Origin: a virus | Direction: 5' to 3' (one strand) | Virus record (IMG/VR): IMGVR_UViG_3300023278_002686 | Span: 32,001-96,000 of that record | DNA length: 64,000 bases | Shown: positions 29,219-39,376 of the stretch, in pieces | Layout: each line of letters starts with the position of its first letter | Position numbering within the stretch: the stretch's first letter is position 1 | Notes under the pieces: model-generated | The model's database searches: none | The model's input: only the letters and a program-made list of their open reading frames with translations | What the model was told of the DNA's origin: nothing | Program-made: the position numbers and the translations under genes

Positions 29219-30307
29219 ATGAAAAAAGTATTAATATTAGGTAACGGATTAAGTAGACAAAAATTTGAAAGCATAGAATTTATTAATAATTGGGATGGGG
29301 AAATATGGGGTTGTAATAACGTTTTTAGAGAACGTATAAAGTTACCTAGATTAGATTTAATTATTGGTGATGATCAAACTGTGATAGATGGTTATCATTA
29401 TAAGCTTGATAATAAATTAGATTATGAGATATATGCAAAAAGACATATTACAAATTATACTAATCATAGAATACAGATAGTACATTTGCCTCAAGAATAT
29501 ATAAAAGATTCTGGAACTACACTAATATATAAAGCTTTATTTGAAAATTATGATGAAATTAAAGTTTGTGGATTTGATTGTGGTGGTAAAGATATATATG
29601 TTAAAGGACATGAAAAAAAAGATAAAACAATTTGGATAAAACGTTGGAGAGAAATTGATAAAGTATTTACTCTTAGAAAAATAGAATTCATTTGTAATCC
29701 AGAAATAAAAGAATTTATTATGAGTAAACGAGATCCAAGAGATCATCTTAATACATATTTTCCTGGAAAAATAAATAATAAAGTTAAAGAAAGAAATTTT
29801 GGAGCTAAAACAGTTCTTATATTAGGAAATGGTGCTTCAAGAATTAAATATAAAGATTTTATTAATAATTGGACAAGTGAAATATGGGGATGTAATTGGT
29901 TGTTTAAAGAAGCGGATAGTCATGAAAATCTTACTCGAATTGGAAGTGTTCATAATGAAGTAATATCAGAAGCATATAAGTTTAAAAAAGAGAATAATTA
30001 TAACTATCTATTATATACAAAGCCAGTATTTAGAGAAGAATTTAAAGATAAGTTTATTTCTTATTTTTCAGATCCTAGAGGATGGGCAACTGGGCCTTTA
30101 ATGGTATTACAAGCATTAACTGAAAATTATAGACGTATTTATTTAAGTGGATTTGATTTTGGAGGAAAAGATGTCTATCAAAATCATTTTATAGAAGGGA
30201 GTAATTTTCAAAAACAGTTTGTAGAAATAATTTCTAGGTTTGGTCATAGAAAATTAAAATTTGTTGGAAAAACTCCAAAATTTATATTGCAGTTACAAAG
30301 GAAGTAG
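29219..30307 (+). CDS. tandem-duplicated glycosyltransferase-like domain protein
   Basis: Two copies of VLILGNG.SR...FINNW..EIWGCN...SG/TG...ENY..I...GFD.GGKD.Y. Confidence 0.6.
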   Translation: MKKVLILGNGLSRQKFESIEFINNWDGEIWGCNNVFRERIKLPRLDLIIGDDQTVIDGYHYKLDNKLDYEIYAKRHITNYTNHRIQIVHLPQEYIKDSGTTLIYKALFENYDEIKVCGFDCGGKDIYVKGHEKKDKTIWIKRWREIDKVFTLRKIEFICNPEIKEFIMSKRDPRDHLNTYFPGKINNKVKERNFGAKTVLILGNGASRIKYKDFINNWTSEIWGCNWLFKEADSHENLTRIGSVHNEVISEAYKFKKENNYNYLLYTKPVFREEFKDKFISYFSDPRGWATGPLMVLQALTENYRRIYLSGFDFGGKDVYQNHFIEGSNFQKQFVEIISRFGHRKLKFVGKTPKFILQLQRK

Positions 30308-30308
30308 T

Positions 30309-31070
30309 ATGAAAATTGCGCTAATTACAATGATGGATGATCGATTTATAAAAGGTTTTGAAGCTTTTATTAAATCATTATTACATCATAATCCTTGGTT
30401 TAATTATCCTATGATAATTATTAATACAGGATTAATAAAAGAAAATCAAAAGAAATGTAAAAAGATGTATGACAATATCCATTTTTTCGCTCCTAAAGAA
30501 AGAGAATATCGACATGTCAATATGAAAAGAACTGAATATTGTTTACGAAAAACATACTATAAGTTAGACATGTTTTCTTATGAAAATTTTGATCGATTAG
30601 TTTTTATTGACATGGATACTATTATATTAGGAGATATCTCTTATTTATTTACACAGGTTGTGGCACCAATTGGAGCTTGTAAGGCATATGATTGGAAAGG
30701 AGATAGATTACGAAACGATTATAACTCAGGAGTTTTAGTTCTTAATTCTCCAGTAATTAACCTAGGAACATATAGAAAATTAATTATAAAAGCAAGACAA
30801 GGTTATTCGATGCCAGATCAAAAAACTATTAATAACTTTTTTGGTAAAAGAATATATCAAATACCTAAAATTTATAATTGTGAAAAACGTGTGAAGGATA
30901 GTATTTTTCTTCATTATGACAATAATAAAGGTAAATTAAGATTACAACAAGATGATATTAGAATACTTCATTTTGTTTCTCATAAACCTTGGAATCCATC
31001 TGGAAAATCGGAAAATAATCAAGGATACGAAGACTTAGAAGAAATATGGAAAAAATATTATGAGATGTAA
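30309..31070 (+). CDS. GT8 family glycosyltransferase
   Basis: YYKLDMF, FIDMDT (DxD), YNSGVLV, PDQ..IN, YN, ILHF...KPW; start at ATG 30309. Confidence 0.88.
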   Translation: MKIALITMMDDRFIKGFEAFIKSLLHHNPWFNYPMIIINTGLIKENQKKCKKMYDNIHFFAPKEREYRHVNMKRTEYCLRKTYYKLDMFSYENFDRLVFIDMDTIILGDISYLFTQVVAPIGACKAYDWKGDRLRNDYNSGVLVLNSPVINLGTYRKLIIKARQGYSMPDQKTINNFFGKRIYQIPKIYNCEKRVKDSIFLHYDNNKGKLRLQQDDIRILHFVSHKPWNPSGKSENNQGYEDLEEIWKKYYEM

Positions 31071-31285
31071 TGAAACTACTATTGATCATAGTCTTATTTT
31101 ACTAAAAGATACTATTAAATTATTAAAAAAAATAAAAAAAGAATCCAATTTTTATGATTGGTGGCCTATGATAGAATGTAACTTGATCAATATAAATAAT
31201 CTATTAGAAGTTAACAAGGAGAAATAATATGAACTGTACTTGGAAAAATTGTAATAATGGAAGAGCTTATGGAGATTAATGATTA

Positions 31286-31681
31286 ATGGTAGTAACTCAA
31301 ATTATTGAATGTGATTGTGGCAAAGAACATGAAGTAAATATAAATAATCCTTATATGGGAAAAAAACCGTATTCTTTTGAATTAGATTTTTGTCCTTCTT
31401 GTGGTAAAATGTTTAATTGTCCTGTATGCGGAAATAATTGTTGTTCACCATGCTATGGTCATTTAGATGGTGATTATACTGATGAATCTACTAAATGTCC
31501 TTTTTGTGAACTAACCTTTCAATATCAAGATTTATTTAGTTTAGTAACTCAATTAGCTTTTTTAAATGATACTGAATGGTTGAAGTGGGATAATGATCGT
31601 ACTAAATTATCTAAAGAAGAAATAATAAATAAAGCAATGAAAAATTTAAAAAATATAGGGAGTTTACATGGAAAAAATTAG
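31286..31681 (+). CDS. Cys-rich zinc-binding protein
   Basis: CDC, CPSC, CPVC..CC..C, CPFC. Confidence 0.6.
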   Translation: MVVTQIIECDCGKEHEVNINNPYMGKKPYSFELDFCPSCGKMFNCPVCGNNCCSPCYGHLDGDYTDESTKCPFCELTFQYQDLFSLVTQLAFLNDTEWLKWDNDRTKLSKEEIINKAMKNLKNIGSLHGKN

Positions 31682-32246
31682 TATAAGGAATGCTAAGTTT
31701 GCAAAAATTGGATTACATGATTTTTGTAAATATGTAAATAAATTTAAAAATACACGAGAAATGACTATTTTAGAAATAGGATCATATGTAGGAGATTCTA
31801 CACAAATATTTGCAAATTATTTTAAGAAAGTAATTGCGATAGATCCTTGGGAAAATGGATACGATGAAAATGATCAATCTTCATATAAATATCCAATGGC
31901 AATTATAGAAGCTCAATTTGATGGGATGAGAACAAACTTTCAACATATTGAAAAAATAAAAGATAAAGCAGAAAATGTTGTTTCTAAATTTGCAGATAAT
32001 TCAATTGACATAGTATATGTTGATGGACTTCATTCTTATGATGGAGTTATTAATGATATAAAAGATTGGTATTGTAAAGTAAAAAACGGTGGTTGGTTAG
32101 CTGGACATGATTATAAAAACAAACATCATCCTGGAGTAGAAAAAGCTGTTCATGAAATAGTTGGTCTTCCAGAAATGAGATTTGGAGATACTTCTTGGAT
32201 ACTTCCAAAGAAGACTATAGTAACTAGAGGAGGATTAAAACTATAA
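31668..32246 (+). CDS. class I methyltransferase (Methyltransf_24-like)
   Basis: LEIGSYVGDS, IDPW, DIVYVDGLHSY, GGWLAGHDY. Confidence 0.85.
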   Translation: MEKISIRNAKFAKIGLHDFCKYVNKFKNTREMTILEIGSYVGDSTQIFANYFKKVIAIDPWENGYDENDQSSYKYPMAIIEAQFDGMRTNFQHIEKIKDKAENVVSKFADNSIDIVYVDGLHSYDGVINDIKDWYCKVKNGGWLAGHDYKNKHHPGVEKAVHEIVGLPEMRFGDTSWILPKKTIVTRGGLKL

Positions 32247-32842
32247 TGGTATACGCAAAATTATCTACATTATCTGAAAAATGGAAAGAATTAGATGGAA
32301 AGTATCCATGTAAATATGATTGGCCTAAAGATTGTGGAAGACAATGTGGTGATAGCGGAATTGTATTGCGTAAAGGATCTATGGATGAAGTATTTACTTC
32401 AGAAAATCCTGTAAAAGAAGTAGTCGATAGTTACTCTTATACTACAGCATTTTTTGAAGCCTTTCCTAAAGAACCCTCTACATTTATTCGGGGAGAAGGA
32501 AAAACATTAGAAGAAGCTGAAAAAGCTGCTTGGGATAAACTTCAAAAATATAGTAAATGTGATCATCCTGAATTTGATAGAAAAGGATATAAAAATGGAG
32601 GATGTTTTTGTATAGAATGCGGAATGTTTTCCTCTCATTTAGAACCAACTACGGTATGTACTGTTTGTAATATACCTACTAATTATGGTACTGACAAAAA
32701 TAATCAGTGGTATTGTAAAGAACATTATAAAGAATTACCCGATGATATGTTACATGATTATATCTTATTATCTAAAAAAAGAAGAAAACAAGTAGATAAA
32801 ATTTTAAAAAAAAGGAAAACTTATGATTTGGAAAAAGTTTAA
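32246..32842 (+). CDS. conserved phage protein with Zn-ribbons
   Basis: TAFFEAFP...FIRGEG...AE..AW, CDH, CIEC, CTVC. Confidence 0.65.
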   Translation: MVYAKLSTLSEKWKELDGKYPCKYDWPKDCGRQCGDSGIVLRKGSMDEVFTSENPVKEVVDSYSYTTAFFEAFPKEPSTFIRGEGKTLEEAEKAAWDKLQKYSKCDHPEFDRKGYKNGGCFCIECGMFSSHLEPTTVCTVCNIPTNYGTDKNNQWYCKEHYKELPDDMLHDYILLSKKRRKQVDKILKKRKTYDLEKV

Positions 32843-33086
32843 AACTATTGAAGATTTAGAACAAGGTGATATTGTTATTTGGAAAAATACTAATGATTTT
32901 AAAGAATTTTGTTTAGTAACTGATTGTGGTTTAGAATCTTTTGTAGAAGGTTGGACCTATAATTGGATGGATAGAGATTATGAGAGTGATGGAAATTTTT
33001 ATAATATAGATGATGAATATATTGGAACTATTACAGGATATACTCGATTAGATATACCTAAAGATACAGAAATTTATGAAGAATAA
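32823..33086 (+). CDS. hypothetical protein
   Basis: 87 aa ORF in operon. Confidence 0.5.
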   Translation: MIWKKFKTIEDLEQGDIVIWKNTNDFKEFCLVTDCGLESFVEGWTYNWMDRDYESDGNFYNIDDEYIGTITGYTRLDIPKDTEIYEE

Positions 33087-33194
33087 ATTGATAAAATGGA
33101 GTTCTATTATATTATTAGCTATAATGGCATTTGCTTTTAAGAATGTAATTTTATTATTAATTTCTATATTTTTAATTGCTACATAGGAGGATTT

Positions 33195-33884
33195 ATGAAT
33201 AATGAACAAGCAACTCAAGTTTTTAGGAATTATATCAAAGGAAAACGAGTTATTTTTGTAGGTCCAGCTGCCAATTTAATGAATAGAGGACTTGGATCTT
33301 TAATTGATTCTTATGATGTAGTAGTAAGAACCAATGGATCTAAAGTATTAGATAGATCTCTTTGGAAAGATTATGGATGCAGAACACATATTTGTTATTT
33401 TAATGTACAACATTTAAGAGAAGAACATCCTTTTCCTATAGAAGACATGAAAGCTCACAGAATAGATCATTTAGTATTTAAGGGAGTAAGTAAAGGTATA
33501 CGAGACTATTACGAAACTTATTTTAATGTTCGAGATGTAGCACCCTTAATTCAAGAATTACATAGAAAAATTGATGGATTACTTATGGGTCCAATTCTTA
33601 TTACTGACTTACTTGAGAGTAAACCCAGTGAGCTTTTTGTTACTGGGATTGATTGTTATATAACTAAACCTGATGCGTTTATACCAGATGACTATCGTGA
33701 ATATTATCCTAAATATTTAGGAAATAAAATAGAAACAAAAGCTAATGTAGCTAACATAGGACGAATTGATCCTCACTTAAAGAAGAAAGATAATACTATA
33801 TATATAAAACAATTAATCGATTCTAAACAAATAACGACACATGATTTTGTACTGGAATCGATAAAAAAAGCATTAATGAGGTAA
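33195..33884 (+). CDS. GT29-like sialyltransferase
   Basis: Sialylmotif-L-like VIFVGPAANL..RGLGSLIDSYDVVVRTN...DYGCRT; LLMG, VTGIDCY, late His. Confidence 0.75.
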   Translation: MNNEQATQVFRNYIKGKRVIFVGPAANLMNRGLGSLIDSYDVVVRTNGSKVLDRSLWKDYGCRTHICYFNVQHLREEHPFPIEDMKAHRIDHLVFKGVSKGIRDYYETYFNVRDVAPLIQELHRKIDGLLMGPILITDLLESKPSELFVTGIDCYITKPDAFIPDDYREYYPKYLGNKIETKANVANIGRIDPHLKKKDNTIYIKQLIDSKQITTHDFVLESIKKALMR

Positions 33885-33886
33885 TT

Positions 33887-34315
33887 ATGAAGATTTTAAA
33901 ACAAAAGAAAGAACAGTATTTAAATACTATTCAGGTGTATGGAAAACCATCTAATATTTATATAAACCCTACTGTAAGCGAGTTAATTGACTTAACATTA
34001 AGAAGCAAATATGATGAATTTAGTTTTATTATAGATAATAGACATAAGACTATTTATTCATTTGATTGTACTGTTTTACACAGTGATGTATGTAAATTTT
34101 TAAAATTATCGTATCCATCTGATAAAATTTTACCAGGACTTGGATATTTTAAAGGTAAAAATTCATATAGTAAAATTTCAGGAACACTAATTGATCTTAT
34201 ATCAAGTAATCCTGAATTAGTTCGTAAATTATGTAAACAAAATTGGAAATGGGCTAATAAATATATATATACACAAACTTTATTAGATGATATTATGGAA
34301 AGATTATCAAACTAA
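33887..34315 (+). CDS. putative internal virion protein
   Basis: MKILKQKKE leader; IYINPT..EL. Confidence 0.5.
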   Translation: MKILKQKKEQYLNTIQVYGKPSNIYINPTVSELIDLTLRSKYDEFSFIIDNRHKTIYSFDCTVLHSDVCKFLKLSYPSDKILPGLGYFKGKNSYSKISGTLIDLISSNPELVRKLCKQNWKWANKYIYTQTLLDDIMERLSN

Positions 34316-34335
34316 AAAATTATTAAGGAAATAAA

Positions 34336-35406
34336 ATGTTAAAAAAATCTTTAAAGGTCTTTGATTTACCTACATCGGATTCTAGTTATTTATCAGTTAG
34401 TCAAGATAGCGAAAATCGTATAAAGATGTATTATCGAAAATGGCTAAAGCATTGTCATGTATGGGGTATTCATGGAAATAATTCTAAGAATTTTACATTT
34501 ATAGAAGATCCTCTTATTAAAAAAACAGATGCGTCACATAACTTTACAGTTACGTATCAACCACATCTTAAATTATTTATAGGAATAGGGGGATTAGAAG
34601 AATGGAAAAGACAAAAACGCTGGCATGAAATTACGGATTTTGAAATTTTTAAAAAAGAATTTGAAGGATACTTTCATAAACCGTATGTAAGAGATGAGGC
34701 AAGATTTCTTTCTCTTAAAAAAGCATTAAAAGGATGGGTAAATCATTCAAATGGACTTTATCTTTTTCATTCTAAAGATGGGATAAACTGGAATCAAAGA
34801 CATCCTAATCATATTGCAACTATTCATGATAAAGGATTTACATGTGCTCTAGATTGGGGAAAATCTTCTGATTTTGATGGAATGAATAATTTAGTATATA
34901 ATCCACATGAACAACGTTATTATCTATATGTTAGATCTAATGTAGCTAAAGGAGTACGATACATACAGTATGCTACTTCAAAAGATTTGATAACTTGGTC
35001 TAAATGGAAAAATATAAATATGATTCCAGAATTTGATAAACATACAGATGGTTATTATTTTCCTAATTTTATGATGCATCCAACTAAGAATATTATGTTT
35101 GGATTAGTTCCTTATTGTTCTGCAAAAAAATCTTCTATACAATTATTTAAATCAACTGATGGATATAATTGGAATTATGTAGAAGAATATTTATCAAGAC
35201 CTCCAGTACCTTTAGTAAAAAAAGGAAAAATAAAAACATATAAAAATTATCATCATCCTGTTTTAGGCTATCTTTATGATAAAGATCAACAAATTTTATA
35301 TTTTTATATGCAGAATAACTATTTTATGTATGATAGATCTCATTATACCTACGTAGATCGATATAAAGTAATGGAAAAAGAATTAGATAAAAGGTTATGG
35401 ATATAA
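34336..35406 (+). CDS. beta-propeller glycoside hydrolase-like protein
   Basis: Asp-box-like repeats SKDGINW, SKDLITW, STDGYNW; YYLYVR. Confidence 0.65.
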   Translation: MLKKSLKVFDLPTSDSSYLSVSQDSENRIKMYYRKWLKHCHVWGIHGNNSKNFTFIEDPLIKKTDASHNFTVTYQPHLKLFIGIGGLEEWKRQKRWHEITDFEIFKKEFEGYFHKPYVRDEARFLSLKKALKGWVNHSNGLYLFHSKDGINWNQRHPNHIATIHDKGFTCALDWGKSSDFDGMNNLVYNPHEQRYYLYVRSNVAKGVRYIQYATSKDLITWSKWKNINMIPEFDKHTDGYYFPNFMMHPTKNIMFGLVPYCSAKKSSIQLFKSTDGYNWNYVEEYLSRPPVPLVKKGKIKTYKNYHHPVLGYLYDKDQQILYFYMQNNYFMYDRSHYTYVDRYKVMEKELDKRLWI

Positions 35407-35560
35407 TTATGGGTATAGATTATGTAGAATGTCCTTTTTGTAAAGAAAAAGATTTTGATTTAATAGGATTAAAACATCATTTAGATACAGGTCAATGTAG
35501 TGTATTTGAAAAAACTGATACAATTTATCAAGAACATTTAGAAAGAAAGGAAGATAATTA

Positions 35561-36613
35561 ATGAACATATTTTTTCAATTAATATATTCAAAAAAAGCAT
35601 ATGGAGAATCTAAGAATTTTGTAGATGATCATAGATTTTGGATTCTAAAAGGAATCGCGGATATTTTAGTAAGTAGAGGACACGTAGTATATATATTAAA
35701 AATGAATTATCCTCCAGTAAAAAATTTAGGTATGGATAAATTTATTTTATCTAAGACAAAAAAACCGAATATAAAATTTGATTTAGCAGTAGTTCATAGT
35801 GATATGAAATACGCTAAACATTATTTAAAGGAAGAGTTTAAATCTAAACCTAAAGCATGCTTTGATTATAGTTTTTTACCAGAATCATTAATTATAGATA
35901 CAGGTGGATTATTTAATAATTCTAAGAACTATATGAAGATGCAAAATATTTTAGATAAAATTATTATTACAGATTCTTTACGTCAAAAATGTGTTTCTAT
36001 GATAAAAGAAAATAAATCTAAAAGACCACAAAAACGAATAGATAAAATTCCAAGTTCTAAGTATATATTTATCCCAGGTCAAGTTCTTAATGATAAATCT
36101 ATTATGAAACATTCTAAATGGAATCAATTAACTTTTATTGAAAAAGTAATTAACTTTGGAATTGAAAAAGGGTTAGATATAGTGTTTAAGCCTCACCCTG
36201 GAATGAGATATGATGTAGCTAAACATGGTAGACAAATAATAGAAGATAGATGTAAAGAATGGAAAAAATTATATAAAAATTTTTATGTGGTTAATACTTC
36301 TATATATGATCTTATTCAACAAGCTCAATTTACAGCATGTATCAATTCAGGAAGTGTTATAGATAATTTTATTTGTCAATCTCCAGTATATTGTGCTGGA
36401 AATATGTATTGGACAAATACAAAAGCAGTAGTTCATAATGAAAATGTCGATGAAGGACTCTTAACAATGTTTAACAAAGAATATAATTTAGTTACTATGA
36501 AAGAAACTCAATTAAGAGCTGTTCAATGGTGTTTAAATAATTTACTTTTTAAAAATAATTCTCCTATAGAAAACTATAAGAGATTTTTAAGGTTAACAGG
36601 ATTTAAACTATAA
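35561..36613 (+). CDS. capsule polysaccharide protein KpsS/KpsC-like (Kdo-transferase-type)
   Basis: FIPGQVLND.SI, VFKPHP, CINSGS. Confidence 0.72.
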   Translation: MNIFFQLIYSKKAYGESKNFVDDHRFWILKGIADILVSRGHVVYILKMNYPPVKNLGMDKFILSKTKKPNIKFDLAVVHSDMKYAKHYLKEEFKSKPKACFDYSFLPESLIIDTGGLFNNSKNYMKMQNILDKIIITDSLRQKCVSMIKENKSKRPQKRIDKIPSSKYIFIPGQVLNDKSIMKHSKWNQLTFIEKVINFGIEKGLDIVFKPHPGMRYDVAKHGRQIIEDRCKEWKKLYKNFYVVNTSIYDLIQQAQFTACINSGSVIDNFICQSPVYCAGNMYWTNTKAVVHNENVDEGLLTMFNKEYNLVTMKETQLRAVQWCLNNLLFKNNSPIENYKRFLRLTGFKL

Positions 36614-36915
36614 TGGAAAATGGATGTAAATGTCAAGAATGTGGGAATTTATATAAGATAGATTTAATGGTTCCTAATAATATATGGATTGAAATTAGAC
36701 CTGAAAATAAATCAGAAGAAGGTGGTTTACTATGTCCATGTTGTATTATTTTAAAAATAGAAAAATTAACTAGGGAATTTAAAGTATTCTTTTTAGAGGA
36801 AGAGTTCAAAAGTGATGAAGAACTTGAAAACGAATTATTAATAGAAGTAAATGAATCTAGAAAAGAATATTACAAAGATCAACTTAAACCTCTTAGTTAT
36901 GGAGATTGTTCATGA
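36613..36915 (+). CDS. zinc-binding phage protein
   Basis: CQEC..DLMVPNNIW...GLLCPCC. Confidence 0.6.
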   Translation: MENGCKCQECGNLYKIDLMVPNNIWIEIRPENKSEEGGLLCPCCIILKIEKLTREFKVFFLEEEFKSDEELENELLIEVNESRKEYYKDQLKPLSYGDCS

Positions 36916-37175
36916 AATGTAGAATTTGTAAAAAACCAATTAAATTATTAAGAAGAACGATATATCAAGAGAATAGCTATTGTGACTTTGAATGTTTTAA
37001 GAAGACTGAAGAGTATCATATTTTTCATAAAAAATTTAAGCATTTTTGGAAATCTTTAAGCGAAGATCAACAATATGAATTTTTTAATTTATGGGATAAT
37101 GGAATTTTTGAAGATCTATTGTTTGATGATATGATTTATAAAAAATTAAGTAAGGTATTTAAGGAACATGAGTAA
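36906..37175 (+). CDS. hypothetical zinc-finger protein
   Basis: CRIC ... YCDFEC. Confidence 0.55.
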   Translation: MFMKCRICKKPIKLLRRTIYQENSYCDFECFKKTEEYHIFHKKFKHFWKSLSEDQQYEFFNLWDNGIFEDLLFDDMIYKKLSKVFKEHE

Positions 37176-37497
37176 AAAATTATTATTTAGTGTAACAAAA
37201 AAGGATCTGGATATTACTTATTTCTCAGGTAAAGGAGCTGGAGGTCAACATAGAAATCGACATATGAATTGTGTTCGAATAAAACATTCTGAATCTGGAG
37301 TTATTGTTACTGGACAAGAAGAAAGATCTAAAGATAGAAATCTAAAAACGGCTTTCCTTAGATTAACTAAACATCCTAAATTTAAGTTATGGTTAAAATT
37401 AAAATCTTCTGAAAATTATTTAAGTGAAGTGGAGTTAAATAAAAAAATAGATAAAATGATGGAAGAAGAAAATCTTAAAATTGAATATGGAATTTAA
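37168..37497 (+). CDS. stand-alone release factor GGQ domain (ArfB/PrfH-like peptidyl-tRNA hydrolase)
   Basis: GKGAGGQHRN...VRIKHSESG...QEERS..RN. Confidence 0.88.
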   Translation: MSKKLLFSVTKKDLDITYFSGKGAGGQHRNRHMNCVRIKHSESGVIVTGQEERSKDRNLKTAFLRLTKHPKFKLWLKLKSSENYLSEVELNKKIDKMMEEENLKIEYGI

Positions 37498-38640
37498 ATG
37501 AAAAAATTATTATTTATTAATGATACAAGTAAAAGTCTTAATATAGGTTGTCAAGTTACAATGCATTGTATTAATAGGTGGTTAAATAATTGTAAGTATG
37601 AAGTAACAAGATTTCCTTTAGAAATTATTAATTCTAAATGGTTTAAAAAAATTCCTAAAGGAATACTATATGATGATTGGGGTTTAAATGAGTTATATAA
37701 CAATTGGATAGATCATGGCTCAGATCCTATGAAAGAATATATAAATTATGTATTAGATAATATTTTTGATTGTGATTTTATTATTGCGAATGGAGAAGGA
37801 AGTATTATACGGGATAAAAGACATACTAGAACTTTATTATATATTCTTTATATTGCAAAAAAAATATTTGGTAAAAAAATTATATTATTTAATTTTACAT
37901 CTGATTTACAGGAAGAAGGATCTTATTTAGGAGAAATTATTTATCCGTTATTAGATTGGGTAAGTACAAGAGAAATGGAGTCATATTCTGAAGTTAAGAA
38001 ATATAATGCAAATGTACAATTTATTCCCGATATGGTTTTAACTTTACGAAATTATAAAGAAGTAAAAGAAGGTAAGTATATATTACTAGGTGGAAGTTCT
38101 TATTTTAATACAGTAGAACGTAAAAAAAATATAAAATATGCAATAGCATTATATCAAGATCTAGTAAATAATTATCCTCAATATAAATTTATAGGATGTG
38201 CTTGGAATAAAGATGATTGGTTATCTAAAATAGAAGCATTTAATTATGAATATGTAGAAGCTAGAAATTGGAAACATTATGCTAGATTAGTAAGAGATTC
38301 TATTATGAATATTACAGGAAGACATCATGGAATTATTCTTTCTTATGTATTTAACATCCCTTATTTAGCCTTTGAAGCCAATTGTCATAAAACAAAAGGA
38401 GACGCTTCTACTTATATTTATAGAGAAAATCCATATGAACCATTTAGTTATTTAGATAAATCTTTAGATATTATAAAAGCTATGAATAATCTTTTAGATA
38501 ATGAGTGTCAATATAAAAATAACATTTTAAATGAAAAGAAAAAAATGTATAAACTTTATGATAGAAGTAATAATAAATTAACCACCCTATTTAAACTATA
38601 TAATTATGAAAAAAGTATTAGTAACTTTATTAACTCCTAA
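37498..38640 (+). CDS. polysaccharide pyruvyltransferase-like protein
   Basis: NIGC, NGEGS, TREMES, PDMV, TGRHHG, HK. Confidence 0.75.
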   Translation: MKKLLFINDTSKSLNIGCQVTMHCINRWLNNCKYEVTRFPLEIINSKWFKKIPKGILYDDWGLNELYNNWIDHGSDPMKEYINYVLDNIFDCDFIIANGEGSIIRDKRHTRTLLYILYIAKKIFGKKIILFNFTSDLQEEGSYLGEIIYPLLDWVSTREMESYSEVKKYNANVQFIPDMVLTLRNYKEVKEGKYILLGGSSYFNTVERKKNIKYAIALYQDLVNNYPQYKFIGCAWNKDDWLSKIEAFNYEYVEARNWKHYARLVRDSIMNITGRHHGIILSYVFNIPYLAFEANCHKTKGDASTYIYRENPYEPFSYLDKSLDIIKAMNNLLDNECQYKNNILNEKKKMYKLYDRSNNKLTTLFKLYNYEKSISNFINS

Positions 38641-39376
38641 TTTTATGCCTGGATTTATTGCTTGGATAAAATCTATTAAAAAAAATTGTCATTTTAAAGA
38701 TGATCTTATAGTAATAGACTGTGGTTTAAATGAGGAACAAAAAACTACTTGTAAAAAATATTATTCAAGAATTATATTTAGAAAACCTAGATATCCCCAG
38801 TATGCTCATTTAGATTTAACTAAAGTAGCAAATCATTTTAAGCCTGTTTTTTATAAGTTAGATTGTTTTTCGTATGTAGATTACGATAGAATTGTTTTTA
38901 TAGATATAGATACACTAATACTTCAAGATTTTTCTTATTTATTTGAAGGAATTGAAGCTTCTTTTTCTGCTGGATCAGGTTATGGAGAATTAAAAGAAGT
39001 TTTTGAATCGACTAATTTAAATTCTGGCGTATTTGTAATCAATAAAGAATATCTTAATATGAGAACTTATGGTACTTTATTATCTTATATTGGAAATAAA
39101 GGTATAAGATATGAACAAGATATTTTGAGAAAGTTTTTTAAGAAAAAAACTAATTTTTTAGAAAGTCCTAAGTGGAACTATAAAAAACATATTTATGCAT
39201 CAAAACAATGGAGAGATAAATGGAATATAGAAAAAGATATTGTAATTTTGCATTTTATATCTTTTAAGCCATGGCAAGATTTATCTGATGATCCTTATAG
39301 AGAAAAATTGAAACCTCTTTATGATTTATGGAATTATTACTATACATTAAAGGAGAATTTATGTCAAAAGAGTTAA
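38606..39376 (+). CDS. GT8 family glycosyltransferase
   Basis: FYKLDCF, FIDIDT, LNSGVFV, EQD, WN, ILHF..KPW. Confidence 0.88.
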   Translation: MKKVLVTLLTPNFMPGFIAWIKSIKKNCHFKDDLIVIDCGLNEEQKTTCKKYYSRIIFRKPRYPQYAHLDLTKVANHFKPVFYKLDCFSYVDYDRIVFIDIDTLILQDFSYLFEGIEASFSAGSGYGELKEVFESTNLNSGVFVINKEYLNMRTYGTLLSYIGNKGIRYEQDILRKFFKKKTNFLESPKWNYKKHIYASKQWRDKWNIEKDIVILHFISFKPWQDLSDDPYREKLKPLYDLWNYYYTLKENLCQKS

